The notes under the pieces were generated by a model. It was not told the DNA's origin. It made no database searches and saw nothing but the letters and a program-made list of their open reading frames with translations. Shown here piece after piece: positions 9,800-19,233 of a stretch of 64,000 bases of DNA. The DNA is taken from assembly GCA_963703955.1 (NCBI GenBank), contig CAVPGK010000010.1, positions 224,001 through 288,000 on the forward strand, read 5' to 3'. Both the position numbers and the translations under genes were made by a program. Position 1 is the stretch's first letter. Each line of letters opens with the position of its first letter. The DNA is from Nitrospirota bacterium (GTDB taxonomy: Bacteria > Nitrospirota > Nitrospiria > Nitrospirales > Nitrospiraceae).

Positions 9800-9805
9800 T
9801 CCGAA

Positions 9806-10475
9806 CTACACCGGCCACTTCTCTTCCTTCCATGCCATCTCCCAAAACATCCACTCATACCGCGAGCTGATGAGGAACGCCTCCTCCATCCGCCTTTTCT
9901 CGGCCTGCCCGGCGTCCTTCGCCCAAAGATCCACCTTGGCCCGCATCCATTTCTGTACCTCGGCAAACTCCGGCGAGGCATACAACAGAAGCCAATCGCG
10001 GTACGGGTGATCAGCCTTAGGTGCTCCGTGTTTCAGGAGGTGCTGTCCGACGACACAGTAGATCCAAGCGCAGGGTAGAGCAACAACCGTGATCTCGGCG
10101 GCAGATCCGTGTCTGCGCGACCGCCAGCATGTGGCGGGTGTACGCGAAATTTGTCGGCGCCATCGGAACGGATGTCATCTGTTCGGGCGTCATCTTCCAC
10201 CGCTTGCCGTAGCTCTCATGCAGGCCGCGCTCCGTGATGATCGTCTCCTCGACGAGTTTCGCAAAGCGCAGGGCCGATTCCGCGTCGGGCGCCTTCTGGG
10301 CACCGGCGGAGAACACTCGTGCAAGCTCTCCAAGAAAGCGGGCATCTTGCAGGATGTAGTATTTGAACTTCCGCTCGGGGAGCGTGCCCTTGCCTAACGC
10401 CACGACAAAGGGATGCCGACGCTGCGCGTTCCAAATGGAGTGGGCCTTTTTCTTGAGCTGCTCGGAAAAGGACAT
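9806..10475 (-). CDS. tenA: Thiaminase II / aminopyrimidine aminohydrolase; 1-nt frameshift near 10110 (probable assembly error)
   Basis: HPFV..L..GTL...F..Y..QD; corrected C-half LPCAWIY...Y.DW...Y...EF...SRYEWMFWEMAW. Confidence 0.9.
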
Positions 10476-10501
10476 CGGTTCTCCTCGGCTGATGACCTAG
10501 A

Positions 10502-11488
10502 TTAGGTTCGTGGAACAAAGGCGTTCGTGAAGAGCGTGTTGACGGGCATCGGCTTCTTGATCACGCCTCGGCCGTGCAGCCAATCCCGCACGGTGGACCA
10601 TCGGCCAGATTCCTGCTTCAAGGTGGTTGGGAAATATGGCTGAGTGGCCTGAAATGTTTTGGCCGAGAGGGTGGGGTCCGCCATCCCGTTCGCCTTTATA
10701 TAGAGGCCAAGCGCCTCGTCAGGATGTTCGTAAGTAAAGGTAAAGCCACGAGCCAGGGCCCGGGTGAATCCACGGACGATCTGCGGATTCCGCTTCACCA
10801 TGGACTCCGAGGTCATGACGACCAATTGATAGAGATCGGGGACGTTATACTGGGTCGGACTCACGAATTCCACTGAGGCGCCCCGCAGTTCGGCTTCCAC
10901 CTGCTCATAATTCACGAAGGCTCCGAACACCGCATCGGCCTTCCCGGTCAGCAGCGCGTCCGTCAACCCGAATCCGACATCCACCGGCAAAATCTCGTCA
11001 TGCGTGAGACCGGCCGCCTCCAGCATGGTTCCCAGAATGGGGAGATCGATTTCTAATCCGGGCCAGCCCACCCGCCGATGGCGGAGATCCTCCAGGCGCC
11101 TGACCGGACCTTCCTTGAGATACATGAGGCACACCACGGTATGCGCGAGCAGGGGAGCGATCGAGATCAGCGGCTGGCCTTGATCTCGCGCTTTAATGAG
11201 ATTCGTTTGCTCGCCGACCCCAAAATCGGCTTTGCCGTGGGCGACCAGATCCAGTGACTCTTCCGGTACAGTCGGAACGAGAATAGAGAGATCCAAACCT
11301 TCTTCGCGAAAGAACCCGTGTTCCTTGGCTACGACGAACGGGAGGTGGTCAGGGTTCAGAAACCACTCTAAGGCCAACGTCACCATAGTACGCTGTGACG
11401 AGGAGGCTTCAGTCGCGGGAGGCCGCGTGTGTCGACGCCGCGATGTGGGTGAACGAGAGGACGATTTCGAAGAGGACTTCTTCAGCAT
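10502..11488 (-). CDS. NMT1/THI5-like (ThiY-type) substrate-binding protein
   Basis: LEWFLNPDH.PF.VA...GFF.EEGL.L; context with tenA and thiD. Confidence 0.85.
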   Translation of the reverse strand: MLKKSSSKSSSRSPTSRRRHTRPPATEASSSQRTMVTLALEWFLNPDHLPFVVAKEHGFFREEGLDLSILVPTVPEESLDLVAHGKADFGVGEQTNLIKARDQGQPLISIAPLLAHTVVCLMYLKEGPVRRLEDLRHRRVGWPGLEIDLPILGTMLEAAGLTHDEILPVDVGFGLTDALLTGKADAVFGAFVNYEQVEAELRGASVEFVSPTQYNVPDLYQLVVMTSESMVKRNPQIVRGFTRALARGFTFTYEHPDEALGLYIKANGMADPTLSAKTFQATQPYFPTTLKQESGRWSTVRDWLHGRGVIKKPMPVNTLFTNAFVPRT

Positions 11489-11515
11489 GCTGTAGCGTGG
11501 ACCGGTTCGGCGTTC

Positions 11516-12943
11516 CTAGACGGCCCCTGATTTGTTGGCAAGGTTTTCCGGCAGCCAGGGTCGCGGGAGACGATTAAGTCCCGCCAATGCCGCCACCATG
11601 TAACATTCTGCGAGAGTCGGATAGTTGAAGACGTTTTCTACGAAATAGTCGATCTTGCCCCCGTGCGCCATGACCGCCTGACCGATATGAATCAGCTCCG
11701 TGGCGCCTTCACCTATGGCGTGCACGCCCAGCAAGTCGCGTGTTTTATTGTGAAAAATCAGCTTTAACATGCCGATGTCGTCACCGATCAATTTGCCACG
11801 CGCAATTTCGCGGTACCGAGCAATGCCAATCTCATACGGCACCCCATCATGGATGAGATCCTTTTCTGTCGGACCCACCATCGAGATTTCCGGAATGGTG
11901 TAGATGCCGAAAGGCAGAAGTTGGGTATGCGCATCGCTCGGTAGGCCGAAGGCATGACAGGCCGCGAGGCGGCCTTGCTGCATGGAGGTGGAAGCCAACG
12001 CCGGAAAGCCGATGATGTCCCCGGCGGCATAGACATGAGTAACCTCGGTCTGAAAATGCGCATTCACGTGTAGACGACCGCGCTCATCGGGTTTGATCCC
12101 AATCGCTTCCAAGTTCAGCTCCTCGCTTGCGCCCATCCGTCCGGCTGAATACATCAACGTTGACGCGTGGATTTGCTTGCCGCTCTTTAGCAGGACACCG
12201 ATGTCATCACTAGAGAGCCTCTTGATCTCAATGACCTCTTCATTGAGGTGCAGAGTCACGCCGATCTCGCGCATCTGGTGCTCGAGTGCTTGGATGATTT
12301 CGGTGTCTAGAAATTCCAAGATGCCAGGTCGCCGGTCAACCAAGATAACTCCGATTCCCATCGTGGCCACGATGGAAGCGTATTCGGATCCAATGACGCC
12401 GGCGCCGACAATGATGAGAGACCTGGGAAGCCGTTTCAACGTCAAGAGTTCATCGGTATCGATGACTGTTTCGCCGTCGAACGGGACTTCGGGCGGGCGT
12501 GCCGGTTTCGACCCGACGGCGATGACGACGTAGTCGGCCGTGTGCTCGATGGTCTTGTCGTGTTGCTTGATGGCGAGCCGGTGCGGGTCGAGGAAACTCG
12601 CGGTTCCGAAGATGAGGTCGATCTTATTCCGGGCCATCTGGTCCTGGATGATCTGGATTTCTTCGGTGATGATGTGATTGCAGCGGTAGGACAGATCCTC
12701 CATGGTGATATCTTTCTTCACCCGGTAGGTCGACCCGTAGAGGCTGCGTTGGTGGAAACCCGAGAGGAACAGGACGGCTTCGCGCAAGGATTTGCTCGGA
12801 ATTGTGCCCGAATTGATGCACACGCCGCCGACCACCTCCTTGCGCTCGATGATTCCGACCCTTTTCCCGAGCTTGGCCGACTGCACCGCCGCCTTCTGTC
12901 CGGCGGGGCCTGTGCCGATGACGAGCATGTCGTAGTGTGCCAT
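11516..12943 (-). CDS. sthA: Soluble pyridine nucleotide transhydrogenase
   Basis: GTGPAGQKAA, GGVCINSGTIPSK (single Cys), GDIIGFPALASTSMQQGR, FNYPTLAE. Confidence 0.93.
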   Translation of the reverse strand: MAHYDMLVIGTGPAGQKAAVQSAKLGKRVGIIERKEVVGGVCINSGTIPSKSLREAVLFLSGFHQRSLYGSTYRVKKDITMEDLSYRCNHIITEEIQIIQDQMARNKIDLIFGTASFLDPHRLAIKQHDKTIEHTADYVVIAVGSKPARPPEVPFDGETVIDTDELLTLKRLPRSLIIVGAGVIGSEYASIVATMGIGVILVDRRPGILEFLDTEIIQALEHQMREIGVTLHLNEEVIEIKRLSSDDIGVLLKSGKQIHASTLMYSAGRMGASEELNLEAIGIKPDERGRLHVNAHFQTEVTHVYAAGDIIGFPALASTSMQQGRLAACHAFGLPSDAHTQLLPFGIYTIPEISMVGPTEKDLIHDGVPYEIGIARYREIARGKLIGDDIGMLKLIFHNKTRDLLGVHAIGEGATELIHIGQAVMAHGGKIDYFVENVFNYPTLAECYMVAALAGLNRLPRPWLPENLANKSGAV

Positions 12944-13071
12944 CTCTTTATAGCGAGTTTTAGGTTGAGGCTGAGGCTAGGCTCCTATAACAATACACCA
13001 TCTGAGCAAAGGAGCGGTTCAGACTCCGTGTGCTGGGTACTGTACCGTGAGCACAGATTAGAGGAGAGCGA

Positions 13072-13755
13072 ATGAAGCAAGCCATAAAAGCTCTCATCTT
13101 CGATTTCGATGGAGTGCTGGCGAATACAGAGCCATTACACTTTCGAGCGTTCGAACGAATTTTGAGCGGAGAAGGTATTGCTTTGTCACCGGACACCTAC
13201 GCAGAGAGATATGTCGGGTTAACGGATGCAGAGTGCTTTAAGGCAGTATTCATGGCGCACGCCAAGCCCCTATCAGCGCCGGTTCTCCGCACACTGGTCC
13301 AACGAAAAACTCTGCTTATGCAGGAGGCTATAGCAACGGAGGATGTCCTGATTCCAGGCGTGGCCGATCTTGTCAGATGTCTTGTCGATCTTTATCGGCT
13401 CGCCATCGCGTCTGGCGCCTTGCGCGAGGAAATCCGGTTGGCCCTTAAGCTGGCCGGACTGCTTGAGGCATTTGAACACATTGCGGCAGCCCAAGATGTC
13501 AAAAAAGGGAAGCCTGCTCCCGACCTGTACCTCCTGGCATTGCATCGCTTGAACATGACATCGCCAATTATCTCGTCGGAATGCCTGGCCATTGAAGATA
13601 CGCCTCATGGCATTCAGGCCGCACATGCGGCCGGTATGCGTTGCCTCGCCGTCACGACGACATTGAACGCGGAACGCCTTCGTCTTGCCGATGAAGTGAC
13701 AGCATCTCTCCAAAAGACCGATTTCTCCCAAATTCTCAGACGGTTGTCGAACTGA
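13072..13755 (+). CDS. HAD-superfamily phosphatase (beta-PGM/CbbY-like)
   Basis: DFDGVLANT, IASG, KPAPD, IEDT..GI.AA..AGM. Confidence 0.92.
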   Translation: MKQAIKALIFDFDGVLANTEPLHFRAFERILSGEGIALSPDTYAERYVGLTDAECFKAVFMAHAKPLSAPVLRTLVQRKTLLMQEAIATEDVLIPGVADLVRCLVDLYRLAIASGALREEIRLALKLAGLLEAFEHIAAAQDVKKGKPAPDLYLLALHRLNMTSPIISSECLAIEDTPHGIQAAHAAGMRCLAVTTTLNAERLRLADEVTASLQKTDFSQILRRLSN

Positions 13756-13778
13756 CGGAACAGGCGATGGGCAAATCT

Positions 13779-13817
13779 TTAACACAATGGTAGCAAAGCA
13801 TAAACGTATTTTTAACA
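13779..13817 (+). promoter_or_regulatory. Four hexamers at 11-bp period (TTAACA, GTAGCA, TAAACG, TTAACA); possible OmpR/PhoB-family operator
   Basis: Hexamers start at 13779, 13790, 13801 and 13812 in an AT-rich spacer upstream of the operon. Confidence 0.4.
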
Positions 13818-13859
13818 CTAATCATCTAACATGTCCTGAAGAGGGATTAACTCGATCGT

Positions 13860-16269
13860 ATGTCCCGAAGCGGTTCTCCAACCTCAGCTCTCTTCCCGAA
13901 GAACGGATCCGGCCAGCTGGCTCTAGATGCGCAACGCATATTCTCGGAGCTGAACCTCGATTCAATTCCTTTTTCGGCTCATGATATCACGGCCGGCTCA
14001 GAGAACGAACTGCAGGCCGCAGTTGCGGGTCATACCGACCATGTCGACCTCCCCATCGTTATCGAATCCTCGAACTACATGAAGAATATTCTAAGACGCG
14101 CTGCGACCGGCGAAAGCCCTAAGCAGCTCATCGCCAACCTTGAAGCTTATCTGCGTTCCCATGCGTCGAATGTGTGGGAAAACTCCTGGGTCCGGTTACC
14201 TGTTTCAACACTGACGCCTTTTGCACTCAATCTCTTGCGCCGTGACATGACCGAGGATAAACGCGACGCCTGTGGCGCTCCACGCAAAGACGTATCGCGG
14301 TTTTTTTTCCCAACAAAGGCAAGATTGGCTGCGAGTGCCAGTCAGCTACCTGCTGAAACTCGCCCTGGCGCAGGCCATTAGCGATGAGGGTGCGGCTCAC
14401 CCGCTCCTCATGAAGGCGGGCGAGCGCTTCTTGGCGCACTTCCTCAATGATAATAGCTCGCCGGAAACGTTTTCCTTCTACGTCATACCTTTGACTCCTG
14501 AGACCGGCATGGGGCGGGCTGTTGCGAAAGAAATGGCGCAGCGGTTCTTGCTGACTCAGCTTCTTGTTATGTACGCGAACGTCCGTTTCGGGTTGAAGGA
14601 TTCCGGCCAGCGCGCTCTGATCTATTTCGCGCCACATCCACCAATTCGACAGAAGGAGCTCAATTCGCTGATTTCCGACTCCTTCTATCGGGAGCTGTTC
14701 ATGAACCCATGCTTGTCAGGGTGGGATCGTGGTGAGGACAAGTTCCGCTACATGCACCTCTGCCATCAGATGCTGTCCCGGAGCCAGCTCAACGCCGTGA
14801 TCAAGCTCAGAGATGCCGGTATCATCACGCGAAATCTGGTTGTACTTCCGTCTACGTCCAATACCAGTTTGGCCAACAACGGCACGCACCTGAGCTTGGG
14901 CAGCCGAACGCTGACGAGGCTACTGCAAGACTGCTCGCCCGCCTTCACTGAGCAACATGAGAAATATGTGGGCGATCTCGTCATCAAGATCGCAGAGCAT
15001 TTCTTTCCTCTCTTTGTCGGGACCTATAGCGCGGCACCGTATCGGCTGGATTTCTGGGATTTCCATCCAGAAAAAGCGCTCGGGTTTCTTCCTCATGAGC
15101 TGGAGGACACACATCTACGGATGCTCTGGCGTCGGTGGAAAAAGAAGGCCGGTCTCAGTGTCTTCGGACATCCGATCACGCCGCTGGGCCCGCTTTGGCT
15201 GGATAAGGCCACGAGTGCCATCTTTCGGTTGAAAGGCGATTTTGTTCCGGACTTTCGCTTGATCGATTATCTGGTGGCGTTGCTGAGCACAAGTGAAAGC
15301 CCCGCGCACGACGGTAGGCTTGGGAACGATCAGCGGTTGAAGCGCGACCTCGCCCAGCTCGGCGTCTTCGACGAATCAATGTCGCTGTACCTCCTCTACA
15401 AGCTTCGCAGCTATGCAGCCATGGGTTTTTCGGGATTCGAGGGCCGCCAATACAGTCTCTTTGAGAGCCTGGTCGACGATATGGGGGATGCTGCGAGTTT
15501 GCAGGCTCTCGTGACCGCGCTCGCCTTCAAATATGTCGTAGAAGGAATTATCCGACACACGGATATTCCCGATGATCCTCTCACGGAGAGCGAACGCCGG
15601 CAGATGATATTCGGGACTGCGATCGGAATCCCGACCTGCAATGTGCGACATAACAGCCCTAATTCATTCCTGATGAAAATTCTCTCGAAGACTCAGAAGA
15701 CGCGGCTGAGCCGGCGGTACGCCGATCACCTGCGTGTCCGACTGTCTGATTATCAATGGGCCCTTTTAGTCACACTCGAGGAAGATGGGGTGGACATCAT
15801 CGAGCAATTCGGCCTGCGGGAGGTTATCAATCGGCTGAGAGAACGGCTTCTGAATTCCGAGCACCACGGGGTGGCCGGGAAATTGACCGCTGGCATTTTG
15901 AGGGAAGCCGGAGCGCGCTCAGCGATGAGCCTATCAGGGGACGAATTCAACGTCGCAGCCGAATCCTATTATCGGGAAACGTTACGTCTGCGTCACCTCA
16001 TCGAAGCGTTTGAAGTCCTCGAAAACGGTGTCGGCCAAATTGATACGGCGAAGAGCAGTACTGACGAACAGTACCGCCGAGCGATGACGACCGTGCTTGG
16101 ACCGAAGAGCGGCACCCAGTTTCTTCAAGAGGCCAAGGAAGAGCTCATCCGGGAGGACGCAGACTCCCGCACATTGCAGCTATGCATCTACCTAACGTTG
16201 CTCATCATCTGCCGAGATCGGGAAATCGCCGTGGCGGCGATGGCAGAGGCAGAGCGGGACTCGACGTGA
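13860..16269 (+). CDS. Large (~800 aa) uncharacterised protein with glutamate-cysteine ligase/carboxylate-amine ligase-like motifs; split by a frameshift in the T8 run at 14301-14308
   Basis: ORFs 13860..14381 and 14272..16269 join if one T is removed; motifs TAGSENELQ, NNGTHLSLG, GFEGR. Confidence 0.7.
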
Positions 16270-17303
16270 AGCATCAATATGTTGACCGGGAAACCTCCAC
16301 CGTCCATACCGAACGGCTGTACGGAGACCGGTTTCTCACGTGGGCCTATCAGACTCCATGGGAAGACGCCGCGTGGTTTTGCAAGGCGTTGACGTCTTCC
16401 CGAACTTCCCAAATGTTGAGCTTCTTCAACTATGACGTCGAGTTCGTGGCCGCGTTAGCCGGGGTCCATCGTTTTATCAAGTCTCTCGGAGTGGATCCTA
16501 CCGAATGTCTAGAGGCCCCCGGGACGCTTAATACTCCTCGAAAGGTGTTCGAACGCAAATTGCGTTATTGGGAAGTTCGCCCGATGGATGAGGAGAGAGC
16601 GGCCATTGTCTCTCCATGTGATGCCCGGATGCTGGTCGGTTCGTTTGCCAAAACCTCGGCGCTCTTCCTGAAAGGAAAATTCTTCGAATTGAAAGAACTC
16701 TTTGGAATGGAACGTTCTACATGGTGGGCCGACTTTGAGGCTGGCGACTTCGCGATCTTCAGACTCACGCCCGACAAGTACCACTATAATCATCTTCCGG
16801 TTGGCGGTGTGGTCGTCGACAGGTTCGATATCCATGGCAGGTATCACTCGTGTAATCCTTCTGCCGTAGTCGTCGCATCGCCATATTCAAAGAATACGCG
16901 CGTGGTGACGATTTTGGACACTGATGTCGCAGGCGGCAGCCAGGTAGGACTGGTCGCCATGATCGAGGTTGTTGCGCTCATGATCGGCCGAATTGACCAA
17001 TGCTACTGTGAATCCCGATACGACCATCCGCGCAACATTTCAAAGGGAATGTTGCTTCGCAAAGGCCAACCGAAGAGCTTGTACCGACCCGGCAGCTCCA
17101 CAACAGTCGTTGTGTTCCAGGCGGGACGGGTGTGCTTCTGTGAAGATATTGTCTGCAATCTGTCGCGCCCGTGCGTCGCCAGCCGCTTCTCGGAAGGATT
17201 CGGACGTCCGTTGGTCGAAACAGATGTAAAGGTCCGCTCAACGATTGCGTACCGGCGACAAGATCCAACCCGGCATTCTTTGGGGGTCGCCTATGGTGAA
17301 TGA
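16266..17303 (+). CDS. psd: Phosphatidylserine decarboxylase family protein (pyruvoyl-dependent)
   Basis: F.RKL...RP, SPCDA, FRL.PD.YH..H.P, N.R, PGSST cleavage-type motif; GTGA overlap with the upstream stop. Confidence 0.85.
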   Translation: MKHQYVDRETSTVHTERLYGDRFLTWAYQTPWEDAAWFCKALTSSRTSQMLSFFNYDVEFVAALAGVHRFIKSLGVDPTECLEAPGTLNTPRKVFERKLRYWEVRPMDEERAAIVSPCDARMLVGSFAKTSALFLKGKFFELKELFGMERSTWWADFEAGDFAIFRLTPDKYHYNHLPVGGVVVDRFDIHGRYHSCNPSAVVVASPYSKNTRVVTILDTDVAGGSQVGLVAMIEVVALMIGRIDQCYCESRYDHPRNISKGMLLRKGQPKSLYRPGSSTTVVVFQAGRVCFCEDIVCNLSRPCVASRFSEGFGRPLVETDVKVRSTIAYRRQDPTRHSLGVAYGE

Positions 17304-18345
17304 AGTGTTTCTTCTGAGCCTTGTGATTTGCTACGCCATACTGTTTTCTTGGGCGTTTCGAACGCTGCCACAAGAGGATTGGCAATTTCTCGCCTCCCTC
17401 CCGAAGCGCAAGACTAACCTCGGAACCTGGAGCGGCCTCAATCTCACATACTATGGTTTCTTGACCGCCATGGCGGTGACGATCGCTGTCGCGTTGGCTA
17501 TTGTGCTCATGGGTTCACTCTCTTTGCCGCTGATCAGCATCACAGTGCTTGTCGTTGCGCTCCTCGCCCTAACGGTTCCCGCCGCCAAACTGATTGCCCA
17601 GGCGATTGAGGACAAGATGAATACGTTTACGATCGGCGGCGCATCCTTTGTCGGGCTTATCGCGGCACCGTGGGTGATCACACTGATCAATTCCACCCTT
17701 GCACCCCGGATGGGATTCGAATTGCCGATGTTCGGGACACTGGCTCTCCTCGCGGTCGCATACGCGTTGGGTGAAGGAACCGGACGTCTCGCTTGCATCA
17801 GTTTTGGGTGCTGCTACGGCAAACCCGTCTCGGTCGTCCCGGCATGGTGGGGCTATTTCTTTCGCTTTCGCTATTTCGCCTTCATCGGGCAGACCAAGAA
17901 GGTCGCGTACGAAGGCGGTCTGGAATCCGTTCCTGTCATCCCAGTCCAAGCCATAACAGCCGTCCTCTACGTGGGAAGCGGGCTGCTGGGCCTAGCCCTG
18001 TTTCTCGGGGGACAGGCTCTGGCGGCCTTCATGATCACAGTCCTTATCACACAGGCGTGGCGAGCCCTTTCCGAATTGCTGCGGGCAGATTATCGCGGGC
18101 GGAGCGGGCTTTCGGCCTATCAAACCATGGCAGTGATCGGGTGCTTCTACGCGCTGATCCTTATCGTCCTGTTACCCAATGAACCAAGGAGACTCCCTGA
18201 TATTGTCAGAGGTCTGACATTGCTTTGGCACCCCGCCGTCATACTGTTCCTTCAAGCCTTATGGCTGATGATCTTCCTCTACACAGGGCGTAGCAGAGTC
18301 ACTGCCTCAACAATCTCCTTTTCCATCCTTAAAGATCGTATTTGA
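17293..18345 (+). CDS. Divergent prolipoprotein diacylglyceryl transferase (Lgt) family membrane protein
   Basis: YYG, GRLACISFGCCYG, P.Q, R..SE..RAD.R; overlaps the 3' end of psd. Confidence 0.8.
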   Translation: MVNEVFLLSLVICYAILFSWAFRTLPQEDWQFLASLPKRKTNLGTWSGLNLTYYGFLTAMAVTIAVALAIVLMGSLSLPLISITVLVVALLALTVPAAKLIAQAIEDKMNTFTIGGASFVGLIAAPWVITLINSTLAPRMGFELPMFGTLALLAVAYALGEGTGRLACISFGCCYGKPVSVVPAWWGYFFRFRYFAFIGQTKKVAYEGGLESVPVIPVQAITAVLYVGSGLLGLALFLGGQALAAFMITVLITQAWRALSELLRADYRGRSGLSAYQTMAVIGCFYALILIVLLPNEPRRLPDIVRGLTLLWHPAVILFLQALWLMIFLYTGRSRVTASTISFSILKDRI

Positions 18346-18346
18346 G

Positions 18347-19111
18347 ATGATGTTCTGGTATGCGATCTCCGCCTTGGCTATCGCTGCGGGATTTGCTTCT
18401 CTCAGCCCCACTCCGGCCGTAGCTTTGAATAATCATGACTCTATTCCGGCGACCTACCCTCAATCGCTGGAGCGGGATCTCAAGATCTTGCTTGATGCCG
18501 CCCGCTCCGGTCGACAGGATAGCGATCTGTTGGCGAGGCTTGCAGAGGTCTATCTCGATCTCGGGGATGACCTGTATGACGACGAAAAAAAACGGCATCA
18601 TGCCTATGAGGAGGGAAGCCGTGCCGCTCGTCGCGCGCTTGAAATTGACGACAGGAACGCAGATGCGCATTTTCTCTTCGCGGCAAACTTGGGAAGCGCG
18701 ACACGCTTGAAAGGTCTGCCCTCTGCCGCCTGGACCCTGAAGGACATCAAGAACCACCTCGAACGAGCCATCGAATTAAGACCTGATCACGCCCCCGCGC
18801 TACAGATGATGGGAGGACTGTTGGCCGAACTTCCGTGGCTGGTCGGCGGTGATTCGCGGGCGGCTCAGCGCTATCTTGAACGGGCGATCGCCGTCGATGC
18901 GAACTACACCAATGCGCGCCTTCTGCTGGCCAAACTGTATGTCAAGCAGAACAGGCTCGACGAGGCGCGTCAGGAGCTCGAGGCAGTCATTCGCACCGCC
19001 GATCCTCACTACCGTTACGCGTGGGCAAACAAATTCAAACCCGAAGCGGAACGGCTTCTGAAAACCCTACAGGAAAAATCAGACAGAGAACGAAGAAGAC
19101 GGCCCGGCTGA
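18347..19111 (+). CDS. Exported TPR-repeat protein
   Basis: Signal peptide; helical repeats ARRALEID, LERAIELRP, YLERAIAVD..Y..ARLLLAKLY; starts 1 nt after the lgt-like stop. Confidence 0.8.
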   Translation: MMFWYAISALAIAAGFASLSPTPAVALNNHDSIPATYPQSLERDLKILLDAARSGRQDSDLLARLAEVYLDLGDDLYDDEKKRHHAYEEGSRAARRALEIDDRNADAHFLFAANLGSATRLKGLPSAAWTLKDIKNHLERAIELRPDHAPALQMMGGLLAELPWLVGGDSRAAQRYLERAIAVDANYTNARLLLAKLYVKQNRLDEARQELEAVIRTADPHYRYAWANKFKPEAERLLKTLQEKSDRERRRRPG

Positions 19112-19233
19112 TCGGTGGTTGCCCCAGCTCCGACTATCTGTCGGTGTTCCAATCCTGAGTTAACACGAAATTCAACCCAATGGTTTCGTCGATAGGATTG
19201 TAGCGAAACCGCCGTCGATCAGATGAGAGTGAT

